From IMG/VR virus record IMGVR_UViG_3300048847_000023, positions 1 through 45,625 of that record: DNA of 45,625 nucleotides. One strand, 5' to 3'. Position 1 is the first letter of the stretch; every line of letters starts with the position of its first letter. Source of the DNA: a virus. Its lineage: Duplodnaviria; Caudoviricetes. The notes beneath the pieces were generated by a model that worked only from the letters and a program-made list of their open reading frames with translations, was not told where the DNA came from and searched no databases. Made by a program: the position numbers and the translations under genes. Shown in pieces: positions 27,192-37,967 of the stretch.

Positions 27192-30100
27192 CGAACTCTC
27201 CTTGAGCGACCAAGCCCGGCGACCGCCGAAATTTGGCTTATACTAAATACCACTTTTGAACGAGTGCCGTCCAATCGGAGGCTGACACCGTCGAAGGCGA
27301 TGTTGTTGGCCGTGCCAGCTACCCGGTTTGCCGTGAGGTTCACCTGGGCCTTCCGAGCGGTGGCCGGGACGGCGGCGGTGAATGTCATCGTCTGCCAAAC
27401 ACCGACGACGGCCGGGGAGGTCGGGGTGCTGAAGTGCTGGCTGATCGGCGTTCCGTCTTCGAGGAAGAACTTCAATCCCAACGTGGCCGTATCGTCCGGC
27501 GCGGTGGAGACTACGTTCACCGTGACGGTGCATGTCACCGATCCGGCCTCTATGTCCTCCATAAAAGCCGCGTCCGACAGGGAAGTCATCTGAGACATGC
27601 GGCACGTAGCGGCATTTCCAGCGTGCCAGAACCATGCGTTACCGGAAGGTGAAGGCCCGACGTTCCCCGTGTCTCCCGAGTAGCTCTTGTAAGTCTGGAA
27701 GCTCCCGGTCTCCACGGTCCATCCCTTCAAGCCAAGCTCGCTGCCGGGATTGGTGAGGAAAAGGCGGGCTACATTCCCGCCCACGTCAGCAAGGTAGTCG
27801 ACGTGGCTGTAGGAGCATGATGGAGCCGATACGGTGATCGTGCGCAGGATTCCGGAAGCGTCGGAGACATCGACCGCGTAGCGTTCGACCTGTTCGTTCA
27901 GCGGCACTTCCCCGATGCCGTCCGTCCATTGGCCGCTATGCCGTGTCCTGCGTATCCACGTGCAGACGGCGTTCCGTCCGGAATCGTATGCGACCTTCGC
28001 ATGGACCGGGGAATATGGCCTGAGGGCTTCCGATGTGTTTATGAAGGTCTTTTTCTGCGGAATCGGAGCGGTCTGCGACAGGGAAACCGTCTGGTAAGTC
28101 AGCACCTTCGCCCGGTCTTCGACGCTCGAAAGCCGCTGGAATGCCGCCCGATCGAAGACAAGGACGTTCTCGGAAAGAACGTGCTCGTTGACAGCCCAGT
28201 CCGTGCCATAGCGTCCACGCAGGATGTGAGACAGCCGCCAAGTCGTCTTGCCGATCGACTCCGCCTTCCCGAATTGAATGATTTCGTCTCCGACTATGAG
28301 CGTGTTCGCACCGTTCAGGACGTCGATATCCGGCCGCGTCTGAAGGTCGAAGGAGGCAAAAAGCCGGACTTCCAATACCGATTCATCGTCCCATACCCCG
28401 TAACGGGGATTGGTCTTCAGGATGCTTCGCGTCTTTCCCCAAATGCATCCGACGTCGGTAGCCGCATAAGGCTCGTACGCCACGCCGTCGGTTGACCGGA
28501 GCAACGCCGCTCCCTGCCACGACATGTTGGCTCCCCGGTACATCGGAGCCGCCGCCCATAAAAACCCGCCTTGGTTGGCATCTTCCGGCCCGAGGCATGG
28601 GAGATTCAGGAAGAAGCCCGTGCTGTCCACTTCCCATGGAATGACCTGAGGGCGGGAGGCTTTCCACTTGGCCGCGACGACGCTGGCGGTGTCGTAGACG
28701 CGGGTGTCGGCGAGGGTAGCTTCGGTCTCTATGGAGAAGTCGGTTCCGAGCGTCATCTTGCGGATGCGGAGCGACAAGGTGTCTTTCTGGCTGTCCGTCC
28801 TCGTGATACGGACGATGTCGCCGGGGTCGAGATCGACGTTGCTGGCGTTCATCGTGAAAGTGGCCGTCGTCCGCTCGATCAGTGCTTCATGAAGGCCGAC
28901 GTGGACGACCTTGGCCGCAAGGTTCCCGTCCATCGCGATCCGCGTGAGATCGTGCGTGACGCTGTTTTCGACGGTGAGGTTCTCCGACGTCGCCGCCGTC
29001 TGGGTCGCCTTCTGGAATGAATTGGCGGAATCCGAATAAAGCACCGTGACTGACTTGGGAAGCTCGGCCGCCTGCGCGATCGTCACCGCAATCGGGTCTC
29101 TGTCTTCCTCCGAAGTCGGCACAAGCTCGCCTTCGTCGAACGTCCGATCAACGAGTTCCTTATTCCGCTTCACGAATTTCAGCTTGTAGTCCGTCTCCAG
29201 AACGTCGAAGAAGAAGGCATCCTTGATCGGCTTCATCTCCGCCGCCGCCGTCCCTTTGAACTCGACGCGGTACCCGGTGACGACATCCTCCGCAAGCTCG
29301 CTCACATCGATCTGGTTTTGTTCCAGTCCCGCGCGGCGGCATATGTCGGCGCAGATCGTCCCGATGGTCACCTTGCCGTCGCCGAATCTGTCCAAGAAAA
29401 GCTTCGTCGGTGCGTCCAGAGGGTCAACGCCGTGGCTGTTCGACCAGACGGCGGCGAGCAGGGGATCGTAGAAAGCACCGTTCAGGTCGAAGGGACCGAA
29501 ATTCTGCGGCACATTCCATTCACGAATGACGGAAAGGTCTCGCGTGTCGATCCGGCGCAGGAGATTTCCAAGCTGAAGGACGACCGCACCTTCGACCGTC
29601 GGCTGGCTGTAGATCATCGACCTGTTGAAGCCGCCGCCCACGACGTTAGCTTCGGACAGCTTGACGAGAGACCAAGTGGCGATGTCCACGGACGCGAGGA
29701 ATCCCGATCCGTCCGAGACGCGCTTCATGACGAGTATGACGCACCGCGTCCGGGTGTCGAAAACGGCACCGTCCGCTACCATGCCTTCGAGAAGGGGACT
29801 GATGTCGCCGATCCGGTGCGACGACAGAGTCACCCCGCCATCAAAACCGACGTCGTTTATCCAGGTGTCCGGCGCTACCGGGGAATTCCTGATCGAGATG
29901 ACTAGAGCACGGACCAAATTGGCCGAGTCTGCTATCGCCATTATGTTCGTCGTAGCGGTTCCCTGAAGCGCAAGCTCCGCATACGTCGGCAGGCCGTAGG
30001 AGTCCTTGCCGTAGGTCGTGACGGCTCCGAGGGTGCCGCTGGTCGAGCCGGAACCCGTTCCCGCGACGTCCAATGTCCCGGCTCGTATCGCTTCCTTGGA

Positions 30101-31126
30101 AATGGCGTAGACCGTAGCTCCCGTCGTAGATCCGGCGAGAACGATCATGTCCGCGATGACGGAGCCGTGGTCGAATAGATTGAGAGATCCCAGCCGGAGG
30201 AAGCCTTTCGGTTGGCATGTGTCTCCGTCAATTTCTACCACCGTTCCGACGGAGGAGGCGTTTAGGCACGCGAAAACGGCACCGTCAGCAGGGTTCACGA
30301 CCGGGCGGGAAATGAAGCTCGGGACGTTGGCAGTTCCCGGATTTGCCTCGCGGTAACCGTCCAGGAACGCGTCGTCGGTGATGTCGCAATCCTCTTCGAG
30401 GACGCCCGTGATCCTGTTGACCTTGAACAGCTTTCCTCCGGTTCCGCTGGACAAGCCCCAGACGTATGGCCTTACCGGATCAAGCTCCCATTTGTCGTTC
30501 GCCCAAGTCTCAACGCCCTGTATCGGAAGCTCCACGCCGTCGGTCGCATATGAATCGACCTTCGATCCCGCGATGACCTCCACTTCGATCTGCGGCAGTT
30601 CCTTGGACAATCCGAGAGGCAGATCCTTGACGCGGACATACGCCAGTCCACGATGCGCCGGGGTCTTTCCGACGCCGATGACGGCTTCCATCTCGGGGTC
30701 CGGCATCTGGTCTTCCGATCCCATGTAGAAGCGGAAAACGGCGGGGTCGTATTTCGCGCTCTTTCCTGCAAGGGACTTGTCCGACAGGTCGACGACAAGC
30801 TCGCCGCCGATCCAGATGCGCCGGATAGCGTCTATCGGGCCTTCGCAGATCGCGAGGCATCCCGTGAAATAATACTCGTACTGGCGCGCGATGATCGACA
30901 GTCCGCCGCCGCCCTTCTTGCTTCCCTTCTTCCGTCCGCGCGACCCGCTGCTCCGGTCGGAAACGGACTCCCGCAGAGGCAGGCTCCAGATGACTTTGCA
31001 AGCCAGACGGTGCATCCCAAGAACGCGCGGGATCGGTTCCCCCAACGTCTGAAACATCAGGTTAAGCCCGGTTCTGCGTCCCTCTTCCGTCGCCGACGAC
31101 GTCTGCCTTCTGCTCCTGCCGCCCAT
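27188..31126 (-). CDS. Tail tip / host-specificity protein (GTA megatron/J-like)
   Basis: GEPIPRVLG, ICEGPI-AIRRIW, PAHRGLAYV, EIIQF, LRGRYGT, WIRRTR motifs; propeller-like insert and C-terminal CBM-like domain. Confidence 0.88.
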   Translation of the reverse strand: MGGRSRRQTSSATEEGRRTGLNLMFQTLGEPIPRVLGMHRLACKVIWSLPLRESVSDRSSGSRGRKKGSKKGGGGLSIIARQYEYYFTGCLAICEGPIDAIRRIWIGGELVVDLSDKSLAGKSAKYDPAVFRFYMGSEDQMPDPEMEAVIGVGKTPAHRGLAYVRVKDLPLGLSKELPQIEVEVIAGSKVDSYATDGVELPIQGVETWANDKWELDPVRPYVWGLSSGTGGKLFKVNRITGVLEEDCDITDDAFLDGYREANPGTANVPSFISRPVVNPADGAVFACLNASSVGTVVEIDGDTCQPKGFLRLGSLNLFDHGSVIADMIVLAGSTTGATVYAISKEAIRAGTLDVAGTGSGSTSGTLGAVTTYGKDSYGLPTYAELALQGTATTNIMAIADSANLVRALVISIRNSPVAPDTWINDVGFDGGVTLSSHRIGDISPLLEGMVADGAVFDTRTRCVILVMKRVSDGSGFLASVDIATWSLVKLSEANVVGGGFNRSMIYSQPTVEGAVVLQLGNLLRRIDTRDLSVIREWNVPQNFGPFDLNGAFYDPLLAAVWSNSHGVDPLDAPTKLFLDRFGDGKVTIGTICADICRRAGLEQNQIDVSELAEDVVTGYRVEFKGTAAAEMKPIKDAFFFDVLETDYKLKFVKRNKELVDRTFDEGELVPTSEEDRDPIAVTIAQAAELPKSVTVLYSDSANSFQKATQTAATSENLTVENSVTHDLTRIAMDGNLAAKVVHVGLHEALIERTTATFTMNASNVDLDPGDIVRITRTDSQKDTLSLRIRKMTLGTDFSIETEATLADTRVYDTASVVAAKWKASRPQVIPWEVDSTGFFLNLPCLGPEDANQGGFLWAAAPMYRGANMSWQGAALLRSTDGVAYEPYAATDVGCIWGKTRSILKTNPRYGVWDDESVLEVRLFASFDLQTRPDIDVLNGANTLIVGDEIIQFGKAESIGKTTWRLSHILRGRYGTDWAVNEHVLSENVLVFDRAAFQRLSSVEDRAKVLTYQTVSLSQTAPIPQKKTFINTSEALRPYSPVHAKVAYDSGRNAVCTWIRRTRHSGQWTDGIGEVPLNEQVERYAVDVSDASGILRTITVSAPSCSYSHVDYLADVGGNVARLFLTNPGSELGLKGWTVETGSFQTYKSYSGDTGNVGPSPSGNAWFWHAGNAATCRMSQMTSLSDAAFMEDIEAGSVTCTVTVNVVSTAPDDTATLGLKFFLEDGTPISQHFSTPTSPAVVGVWQTMTFTAAVPATARKAQVNLTANRVAGTANNIAFDGVSLRLDGTRSKVVFSISQISAVAGLGRSRRVR

Positions 31127-31130
31127 TTTT

Positions 31131-31562
31131 TTATTCCTTCATCCTGTAGGCGGCTACCGCACGGTCGAGCCATTCGTCGTCCAGTCCGTGTTCTTTGCAG
31201 CGCCGAAGTCCGGGAGAGGTGTGGATAAGCGTGAGCCGTCCGTCTTCCGTCTCTCCGACTATCGCCATGTGAATCGGCCAGCGTTCCCCAAGGTCGAACA
31301 GCATCACGTCTCCTGCTCCGGCTTCTCGGATACCGACAGCGTCCATATGCCTTGAGAAGATTTCCCGAATGTCGGTGCTGTTTGTGAAAGGGAGTTTGTA
31401 TCCGGCTATGTCCTCTACCGGATGGCCTATCGCGGAAAAGGAGCCGATGACGACCCCGGCGCAATCGGCTCCGAAGCGGTTTCTTCCCTGATGACGAAAC
31501 GGAACGCCTAGCCACTTCCGGGCTTCGGCTACCAGGTCATTCCGCGTCTTCATCTCCGTCAT
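31131..31562 (-). CDS. NlpC/P60 tail-associated peptidase
   Basis: WLGVPFRHQGR-GADCAG, HMAI, LIH. Confidence 0.9.
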   Translation of the reverse strand: MTEMKTRNDLVAEARKWLGVPFRHQGRNRFGADCAGVVIGSFSAIGHPVEDIAGYKLPFTNSTDIREIFSRHMDAVGIREAGAGDVMLFDLGERWPIHMAIVGETEDGRLTLIHTSPGLRRCKEHGLDDEWLDRAVAAYRMKE

Positions 31563-32484
31563 CGGGAATTTCCTCTTCCGTGTCGTCTACAGGTTCAGCT
31601 TCTTCAACGCCTTCGTCCACGGCACCTTGCGCGTCTTCGCCGGGACAGAACGGCTCACCGCGGAAGTTCAGGATGTTGTTGAATGCAAGGCATCCCTCAT
31701 AAGTATTACCACAGCTTGCGACGATGCTCAAAACGTCGCCCACGACTACGGGGCGATAGAGGGTGGTGGCGAGCTTCACGTATCCCGTCGGGCGGTATCT
31801 AAGGACGTCCTTCGTCGTGAAGGAATTTGCTCCAGTGCTGAAAGTGAGCTTGCCGCCGTCGAAATAGCCTCTTCCGGGATCGGTTTCGGTGGCCGGGACG
31901 GGATCCTGCTCGATGACGTTGATGTAGAAAGCTCCTTTGGGGTCTTCCGGATCGAGCGCGGTCACGGTGGCCGTACGGGCGTATGTCGCGAGGTTGATCT
32001 TGCACTTGGAATCGCCGAATTTGGCGCGACATGAGGTCTGGTAGATGCCGCCGACGGATTGGCTGAGCTTCTGTTTCAGTCCGCGAACCTCGGTGGCGTT
32101 TTCCGTCTCGCCGATGCCTACGGCTCCCATCGAAGCCTTTCGGAACCGGATGATTCCTTGCGTCACGTCCGCATAGTTGACCGCAAAAAGCTCGATGTCG
32201 CAGCCATCGTAAAGGCCAGAGGTCACGTCCGGTTCGTAGATGCTGTCGGAGTCCAGGATAGCCTTCAGGTCGAGATTGTCCACCTCCAGATCGGCCGCCG
32301 TGGTGATGGCGGTGCGGACATATCCGAGCGCCGCCCGGTACGTCTGTCCGAGAACGACCAGATCTTCGTGATGATCGGTCAAGGCTACGACCTTGCCGTC
32401 GCGGCGGGTTATCTTGACGCATGATGCGAGGGTGTGGACGTCCTGGTTCAGGTGCTCCCGCATGTCTCCGGAGATGAGTTTCAC
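31537..32484 (-). CDS. Baseplate hub protein (DUF2163/BR0599)
   Basis: ITRRDG-LTDH, CRAKFGD-KC, C-x6-C, NFRGEPF. Confidence 0.9.
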   Translation of the reverse strand: MKLISGDMREHLNQDVHTLASCVKITRRDGKVVALTDHHEDLVVLGQTYRAALGYVRTAITTAADLEVDNLDLKAILDSDSIYEPDVTSGLYDGCDIELFAVNYADVTQGIIRFRKASMGAVGIGETENATEVRGLKQKLSQSVGGIYQTSCRAKFGDSKCKINLATYARTATVTALDPEDPKGAFYINVIEQDPVPATETDPGRGYFDGGKLTFSTGANSFTTKDVLRYRPTGYVKLATTLYRPVVVGDVLSIVASCGNTYEGCLAFNNILNFRGEPFCPGEDAQGAVDEGVEEAEPVDDTEEEIPDDGDEDAE

Positions 32485-33089
32485 AGCCAGATCTCCTTGA
32501 TCCTGATACCAGCCCAGCCGACGACATTGAAGGAAGCGAGGTTGAACAGTGCCGAGTCTTCGTCGAATCGGGCGGGCACGTCGAATTCGCAGTCAACGAC
32601 GATGGAGTGACCGAGCGGCGGGGCGACGTCGAAAGTGATCTTTCCGGTGGTATGGTCGAGCGTCCAGCCGGAAGCCCTCTCCACGCCGTTGACCCACACC
32701 CTGCAAGATCCGGCGACGGGCTTGTGGATGATCCGGACTTCGGGATTGTCCGTGCCGTAGATCTTGACGATCTGGAAGACCTTCTTCACGCCGTCGCCGC
32801 TGTCGATCTCCTGCGTGTCCACGTGATGGTCAATGTGGTCGTACATCCGGAATCCGTAGCCGCGACCTCTCATTTCCCTGAAGAAGTTCATGAGGATCTG
32901 GACTTCGGACATCTCCTTCAAGCCGTGTTCGCAGTTGAATACGAGCTTGCCCCGGTTCCGGTTGACCAGCCGCTTTTCTCTGCCGTTAAACAAATTTGTT
33001 ACGCTGGTTTCGTATTCCGGCCCGGACTCGTAGCCGTAAGCCACGCTTTCCGGGAACCGCTTTTCGATGAATCCCGCCACTTCGGCCAT
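32481..33089 (-). CDS. Distal tail protein (DUF2460)
   Basis: RFP...GPEYET, GRGYGFR, IHKPVAG, EFDVPARFD. Confidence 0.9.
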   Translation of the reverse strand: MAEVAGFIEKRFPESVAYGYESGPEYETSVTNLFNGREKRLVNRNRGKLVFNCEHGLKEMSEVQILMNFFREMRGRGYGFRMYDHIDHHVDTQEIDSGDGVKKVFQIVKIYGTDNPEVRIIHKPVAGSCRVWVNGVERASGWTLDHTTGKITFDVAPPLGHSIVVDCEFDVPARFDEDSALFNLASFNVVGWAGIRIKEIWL

Positions 33090-33092
33090 GGT

Positions 33093-36000
33093 TTAATACC
33101 CCCCGCTCAAATCGTTGCGCTCGTTCTGACGCGTAATTTCTTTTTTCAGATCGCTTGCGAATTGAGAAACCGATCGGCGCCTGGTTTCCTCGTTCCTGAA
33201 TGCTTCGGCTGGCGGGTTGATCGTGATGCTGTAGTAGTTATTCACGCCCGATCCGGAACCCGATCCTCCCGACGACGGCAAGGCTCCGGAAGCCCTTGAG
33301 GTTTCGGTGCGGCGAATGACTTTGGCTGTGGTTTCCAGCGCGGCGGCGGCCTGCCGGGAACGCTCCTCCGTCAAGACTTCCTCGTTCTTCATCAGGACTG
33401 CGTCGACCTCTCCGGGCTTCAACGAGCCGACCTTGCCGCCGTCGTGGAATACGAAGGACTTGGACGTGACTCCGAAGGACGAAAACTTGTCTTTAGCCTT
33501 CCTGATCTCATCGGCCTTACGCGCTGCGTCTTTCTTCGTCTCTCCATCTTCCAGTTCGCGGAGAATGTCCATCATACCGAAGCTGGTCATTTGCTGCTCT
33601 CCGGTCGGAACCCAGCCCTCGCGCGGGGCGTATTCCCCGCTGCGCTGTCCGGTAGAGACGAATTTGTATCCCTCCAAGCCGCCGAGGTTGAGGGTGACCG
33701 TCCCTCCTGAACCCGTAGTGCTTGGAGCCAGCGTCTTGTTCTGCGCGGGCTTTATGTATCTTTGGTCCGCCAGAGCTTGTTTCCGTGCCTCCTCGGCCGC
33801 CCGGTACGGAGCCTGCCTATCTTCGTAGTCGCGGGCGTATTGTTCGTTGCGTCGGGCTACGTTCTCGTCCGACCAGTAGTTTTCGGAAGGCTTCGCCGTC
33901 GGCTTTTTCTTCGGCTCCGACGAAGAAGCCGATCTTGCCCTGTCCGACGACGAAGACGACGAGGAGGATTTTCCCGACGACGAGCCGGAGGAGCGCGGAG
34001 CCGACACGTCCGAGGACGATCCTGAAGAAGACGATGGCGGCGGTTTTCTCGCGGCTCCGGCAGACGGAGTCGAGAGGTCGGACATGATGCTCGACATGTA
34101 GGAAGCCGCGGAGGCCGCCATTGACTTCACGGAATCCCACAGGGACGAGAAGAATCCTGCTATCCGACTTACGAGGCCGCTGAAGAATCCTTCCGTGCCG
34201 CCAAAAGCCTTCTCGACGCCGGACGCCGAAGTCCCAGCCGCCTTTTCTATCCCTTCGAAGGCTGAATAGGATGTATCGGCTGTCTTCTCGAATGAATACG
34301 TGATGCCCCGCTGCATTTCCACGAACGACGCTTCCCCGGCCAAGGCCGCCTGGTCTGCGGAGTCCGCCATGCTTTGCGTTGCCTGCGACGTCGTTCCCGT
34401 CAGGGAATTCCACACCGACTGGATGCGGGAGACTGCGGTGCTGAAAACGCCGACGATCCGGTCTCCCATGTCCGAGAAGTAATTCGCCACGGTGTCCACA
34501 ACCTCACGGACGCTTTCGACCATCGACCAGAAAACCCCGACGACCGAATTCAGTGCGTTCTGGACGGTCAGGACGACGGATTGACCCATGGAAGAGAAAT
34601 ACCCGACGACGGAAGACACCGCCGAGGACGCTCCCGAGACGAGGCTGTTCCACATTCCGGCGAGAGTCGCCTTGATCGAAGCGACGTCGGCGGCCACTCC
34701 GTCCTTGATCAATTGCCAGTTCGATTTCGTCTGAACCGCCGCCGTGGCCGAAGCCGTTCCGACTCCCTTGACGGATTCGGATGCTTCGGCGGAGGATGAG
34801 GCGAAGGAAAACAAAGCGACGGTCGCAAGCCCTATTCCAGCGGCGAGGATGACGTATGGATTCGCCCAAGCGGAAGCGGACAGCGCGAGGTTGGCTCCCG
34901 TCGCTATCCTCAAAGCTCCGGTCAGCGTAGCGACGGCTCCGGTTACGGCGGCATAGACTCCCTGTACGGCGGCCAAGCTCATCGCGACGGCGCGATATGT
35001 CAACGTCGCTCCGGTAGCGGCCACGACGGCTGCGGCCGACGTCCTCAAGGCGGCGGTCACGAGGGCTATGGAGCCGCCGATTCCGGCGTAGATCGCGCTG
35101 ATCGAAGCCAGCGTCAGAGAAACCGCGCGGAAAGTCAGCGTGGCCGTCGTCGAGATGGCGAGGGCGGCTGCGATGACTCCGATTGTCCGCCCTAGATTCT
35201 CGAAGGTCGGGAGGACGCTCTTGTCGATGGAGAATGTCGTTCCGAGGAAGCGGTTGAGAACGTTTAGAGCGCCTTGGAGCGCATCCGAGACGACGCGGAC
35301 TGCGACCTGTCCGAAGGCGCGGAGGAAGTCGAAGGTGCCCTGGAAGCCCTCGCGGAAGCCGTTCGAGAAAGAGGTGAAGAAGTCGGCCAGCTTGACCGCT
35401 TCTTTCCCAAGTCCGAAGCTGATCTGGCCTATTCCCTTAGCTATGTCCATGAGGACATTGTTCAGGGACATGGCGACGGTCGCCGCTACGGCAAGCAGGG
35501 CTATTGGACGTGCCAGCGGGAATGCCATCGCGGTCGCGTTGAATGCGGCCATCGCGGCGTTCGTCAGCCAGATAGCGGCGGCATAGGCTTTGAACGCGAC
35601 GAAGACGGCAGCGGCGGCGGCGAGGGACTTGAGTGCGGTCGCGGCGGCCGTGACGACGACGTAGCTGCCTTCGATCTGATCGCGCATGCCGAAGAATGCC
35701 TTCACGACGTCGGTTGTGAAGCGCACTATCCCGGTCAGGATCGGAGCCAACGTCGTGTCGCTGATAAGGCGAAGGTAGACTTCTTCGACGGTGGAGCGAA
35801 GTATCTTGATCGCCCCGTCGAGGTTGTCGATCATGATCGCGGCCATGCGTCCGGCCGAGCCTTCGAGCTTGGATTCGGCTCCGGAGGCGGCTCCGGTGAT
35901 TCCGTCGTATGCGGCGCGGACTTTCTGGAAGAAGCTCTGCGACGCTTCTCCCGCTTTTTGGCTGCTTTCCGCGTATTTGTTGTTTACGCCGGACAGCTTG

Positions 36001-37523
36001 TCCACCTTGTCGATGAATTTGATGACGTTGGCCGATCCGCCGAGGGCGTACTGGCCGAAAATGTCCTTGATGTATTTCGTGGTGTTTCCGTCCATGATCC
36101 CGGCGTTCTTCAGCGCCCTTAGGGCGTTCGCCAGTCCGCCGACCTTAGCTGGATTCACTTCGTCGAGGCTGAGTCCAAGAGCCTTGATAGCATCCGCTCC
36201 CCCCTTCGTTGGAGCGGAAAGGGAGGTCAACACCTTCCTCAGCGCCGTTCCGGCCATCGAACCCCTGATGCCGCCGTCGGCCATCGCGGCTATAGCGGCG
36301 GTAGTTTCCCTGAAGCTCACGCCGACGAGATCCGCGATGCTTCCCGCGTATTTCAGCGTCTCTCCCAATTCTTCGACGTTCACGTTGGATTCCGCCGACA
36401 TGTACGCGAAAGTATCGGCTATCTCTTCCATCTGCGATGCCGACATGCCGAACTGCATCATAGCCTGAACGGAAATATCCGTGGCTCGTGCGAGGTTCAG
36501 CCCGCCCGCCGCCGCAAGGTTCAGGGTGTGGGGAATGCCCTGGTATATCTGATCAACCTGAAGACCCGACCGGGCCATGTATTCCATGCCCTGCGCGACT
36601 TCTCTGGCGGTGAAAACCGTCGCCGCTCCGAGTTCTCGGGCGCGCGTGGTCAGAAGTTGAAGATCCGCCTCCGTTCCCTGTCGGACGGCCTGAATCGTCT
36701 TCATCTGCTTTTCGAAGGAGCGGAAAACGTCCAGCGCGTCGCCCGCGACGTTGGCGAACGACATTCCTGCCATGAGCGGCACCATCTGGCGTACCGTATC
36801 CAGCAGCCCTCCGGCGTGTCTTCCTGCGGCGGAGAAGCCGTCCCCCATTTTGTCGATGTTCGACTTGAGCGTTCCGACTTCGCGCTGAAGATCGCCTATC
36901 TGCCTCCGCATGTCCGAGAAAGACCGGGTAGACATCGTCGCCGCAGTCGAAGAAACCTGTCTCAGAGCCTCCGAAAGCTTCCGCGCGTCGGCCTCCGTCA
37001 AACCGAGGGAACCGCCCAGGTTGGCCGGGATCTTGAGCTTTGCCAGTTCGGCGTTGGCCTCTTTTGCCGCTTTCGCGACGGCGGCAAGCTGCGTCTTCAG
37101 GGTGCTAAGAGCCGGAGCCTTTCCCACGGCGGCCATCGTCTTAGAGAGCGTGTTGATCGCGGCACCCAACGCCTTCGCGTCCTGTACGCTCTTCTCCAAG
37201 CTGCCGATCTTGAACGTGCCTCCTTTGACACCTCCAACCTTGCCGAGAGCGACGGAAAGCCGTTCGGCCTTTTTCACCGCGTCGGTAAGACCGGAACCGA
37301 TGTTTCCGGACAGGGATGCCTTAAGCTTGTCGGCTTGTGCAGCGCTCTTGACGAGGGAGAGATGCAGTTTGTTGGAATCGTTGGCGACGGTCGCCAATCC
37401 GTTGAGCTTGATCGAATTCCCGAGCTTGGCGAAGTCGGCGGAAACTTGCGCGAGAGCCGTTTTGGCTTCGTTTTTGGCGCGGATCGTAAAGACGATTTGT
37501 TTATTGGTAGCAGCCAAAGCCAT
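33093..37523 (-). CDS. Tail tape measure protein
   Basis: 1476 aa, Ala-rich; TP901-type core (ARELGAATVFTA, TLNLAAAG, GSMAGTALR, DNLDG); ANPY; FHDGG C-terminal motif. Confidence 0.95.
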   Translation of the reverse strand: MALAATNKQIVFTIRAKNEAKTALAQVSADFAKLGNSIKLNGLATVANDSNKLHLSLVKSAAQADKLKASLSGNIGSGLTDAVKKAERLSVALGKVGGVKGGTFKIGSLEKSVQDAKALGAAINTLSKTMAAVGKAPALSTLKTQLAAVAKAAKEANAELAKLKIPANLGGSLGLTEADARKLSEALRQVSSTAATMSTRSFSDMRRQIGDLQREVGTLKSNIDKMGDGFSAAGRHAGGLLDTVRQMVPLMAGMSFANVAGDALDVFRSFEKQMKTIQAVRQGTEADLQLLTTRARELGAATVFTAREVAQGMEYMARSGLQVDQIYQGIPHTLNLAAAGGLNLARATDISVQAMMQFGMSASQMEEIADTFAYMSAESNVNVEELGETLKYAGSIADLVGVSFRETTAAIAAMADGGIRGSMAGTALRKVLTSLSAPTKGGADAIKALGLSLDEVNPAKVGGLANALRALKNAGIMDGNTTKYIKDIFGQYALGGSANVIKFIDKVDKLSGVNNKYAESSQKAGEASQSFFQKVRAAYDGITGAASGAESKLEGSAGRMAAIMIDNLDGAIKILRSTVEEVYLRLISDTTLAPILTGIVRFTTDVVKAFFGMRDQIEGSYVVVTAAATALKSLAAAAAVFVAFKAYAAAIWLTNAAMAAFNATAMAFPLARPIALLAVAATVAMSLNNVLMDIAKGIGQISFGLGKEAVKLADFFTSFSNGFREGFQGTFDFLRAFGQVAVRVVSDALQGALNVLNRFLGTTFSIDKSVLPTFENLGRTIGVIAAALAISTTATLTFRAVSLTLASISAIYAGIGGSIALVTAALRTSAAAVVAATGATLTYRAVAMSLAAVQGVYAAVTGAVATLTGALRIATGANLALSASAWANPYVILAAGIGLATVALFSFASSSAEASESVKGVGTASATAAVQTKSNWQLIKDGVAADVASIKATLAGMWNSLVSGASSAVSSVVGYFSSMGQSVVLTVQNALNSVVGVFWSMVESVREVVDTVANYFSDMGDRIVGVFSTAVSRIQSVWNSLTGTTSQATQSMADSADQAALAGEASFVEMQRGITYSFEKTADTSYSAFEGIEKAAGTSASGVEKAFGGTEGFFSGLVSRIAGFFSSLWDSVKSMAASAASYMSSIMSDLSTPSAGAARKPPPSSSSGSSSDVSAPRSSGSSSGKSSSSSSSSDRARSASSSEPKKKPTAKPSENYWSDENVARRNEQYARDYEDRQAPYRAAEEARKQALADQRYIKPAQNKTLAPSTTGSGGTVTLNLGGLEGYKFVSTGQRSGEYAPREGWVPTGEQQMTSFGMMDILRELEDGETKKDAARKADEIRKAKDKFSSFGVTSKSFVFHDGGKVGSLKPGEVDAVLMKNEEVLTEERSRQAAAALETTAKVIRRTETSRASGALPSSGGSGSGSGVNNYYSITINPPAEAFRNEETRRRSVSQFASDLKKEITRQNERNDLSGGY

Positions 37524-37562
37524 AATTCGATCCGCCTAAAAATTTAGGAAAGAGGCTTTCGT

Positions 37563-37960
37563 CTAGCCTCCGCCCAAGAGTTTCTGCCTGTTCTTCGCGC
37601 CTTCTTCCCGTCTCTTTTCCTCTTTTTCACGGATCGCATCGCATTCACGAGTAACTTGATCCATGACCTTGAAGGCTTCGAGAAGGACTGAAGACTGGTC
37701 TTTCTTGCCTCCGCCGTCCGGAAGAATGCCGTGCTGCCGATAATCGCCGTGAGCGTCAAGTATTTCGAGGATGAGGGAAGACGTCTCATTCGACTTGCAA
37801 AACGCCTTCCTCGGACATTCATGAAATTTTATGCCGCATATTTCCTGCGAACTCTTCAGCGTTCCGGTACAGCCCTTCTTTTCTCTCTTCGCATCGGTGG
37901 TGTCTTTGTGCGAGCAGGTATAGCCTGAGTCGAGAAACAGGCTATACACTGCTCCAATCA
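37563..37960 (-). CDS. Tail assembly chaperone T segment (C-terminal part of the GT fusion)
   Basis: In the -1 frame of the upstream G gene, open from the slippery site; Cys-rich, GILPDGGG. Confidence 0.8.
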
Positions 37961-37967
37961 GTTTTTT
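37912..37967 (-). other. Programmed -1 ribosomal frameshift signal
   Basis: A AAA AAC heptamer (37967-37961), 6-nt spacer, 16-bp hairpin (37954-37912). Confidence 0.85.

Noticed and set aside
16080-31126. Diversity-generating retroelement or shufflon acting on fibre genes
   Set aside because: No reverse transcriptase or invertase, and no template/variable repeat pair seen; similarity is limited to collagen codons.
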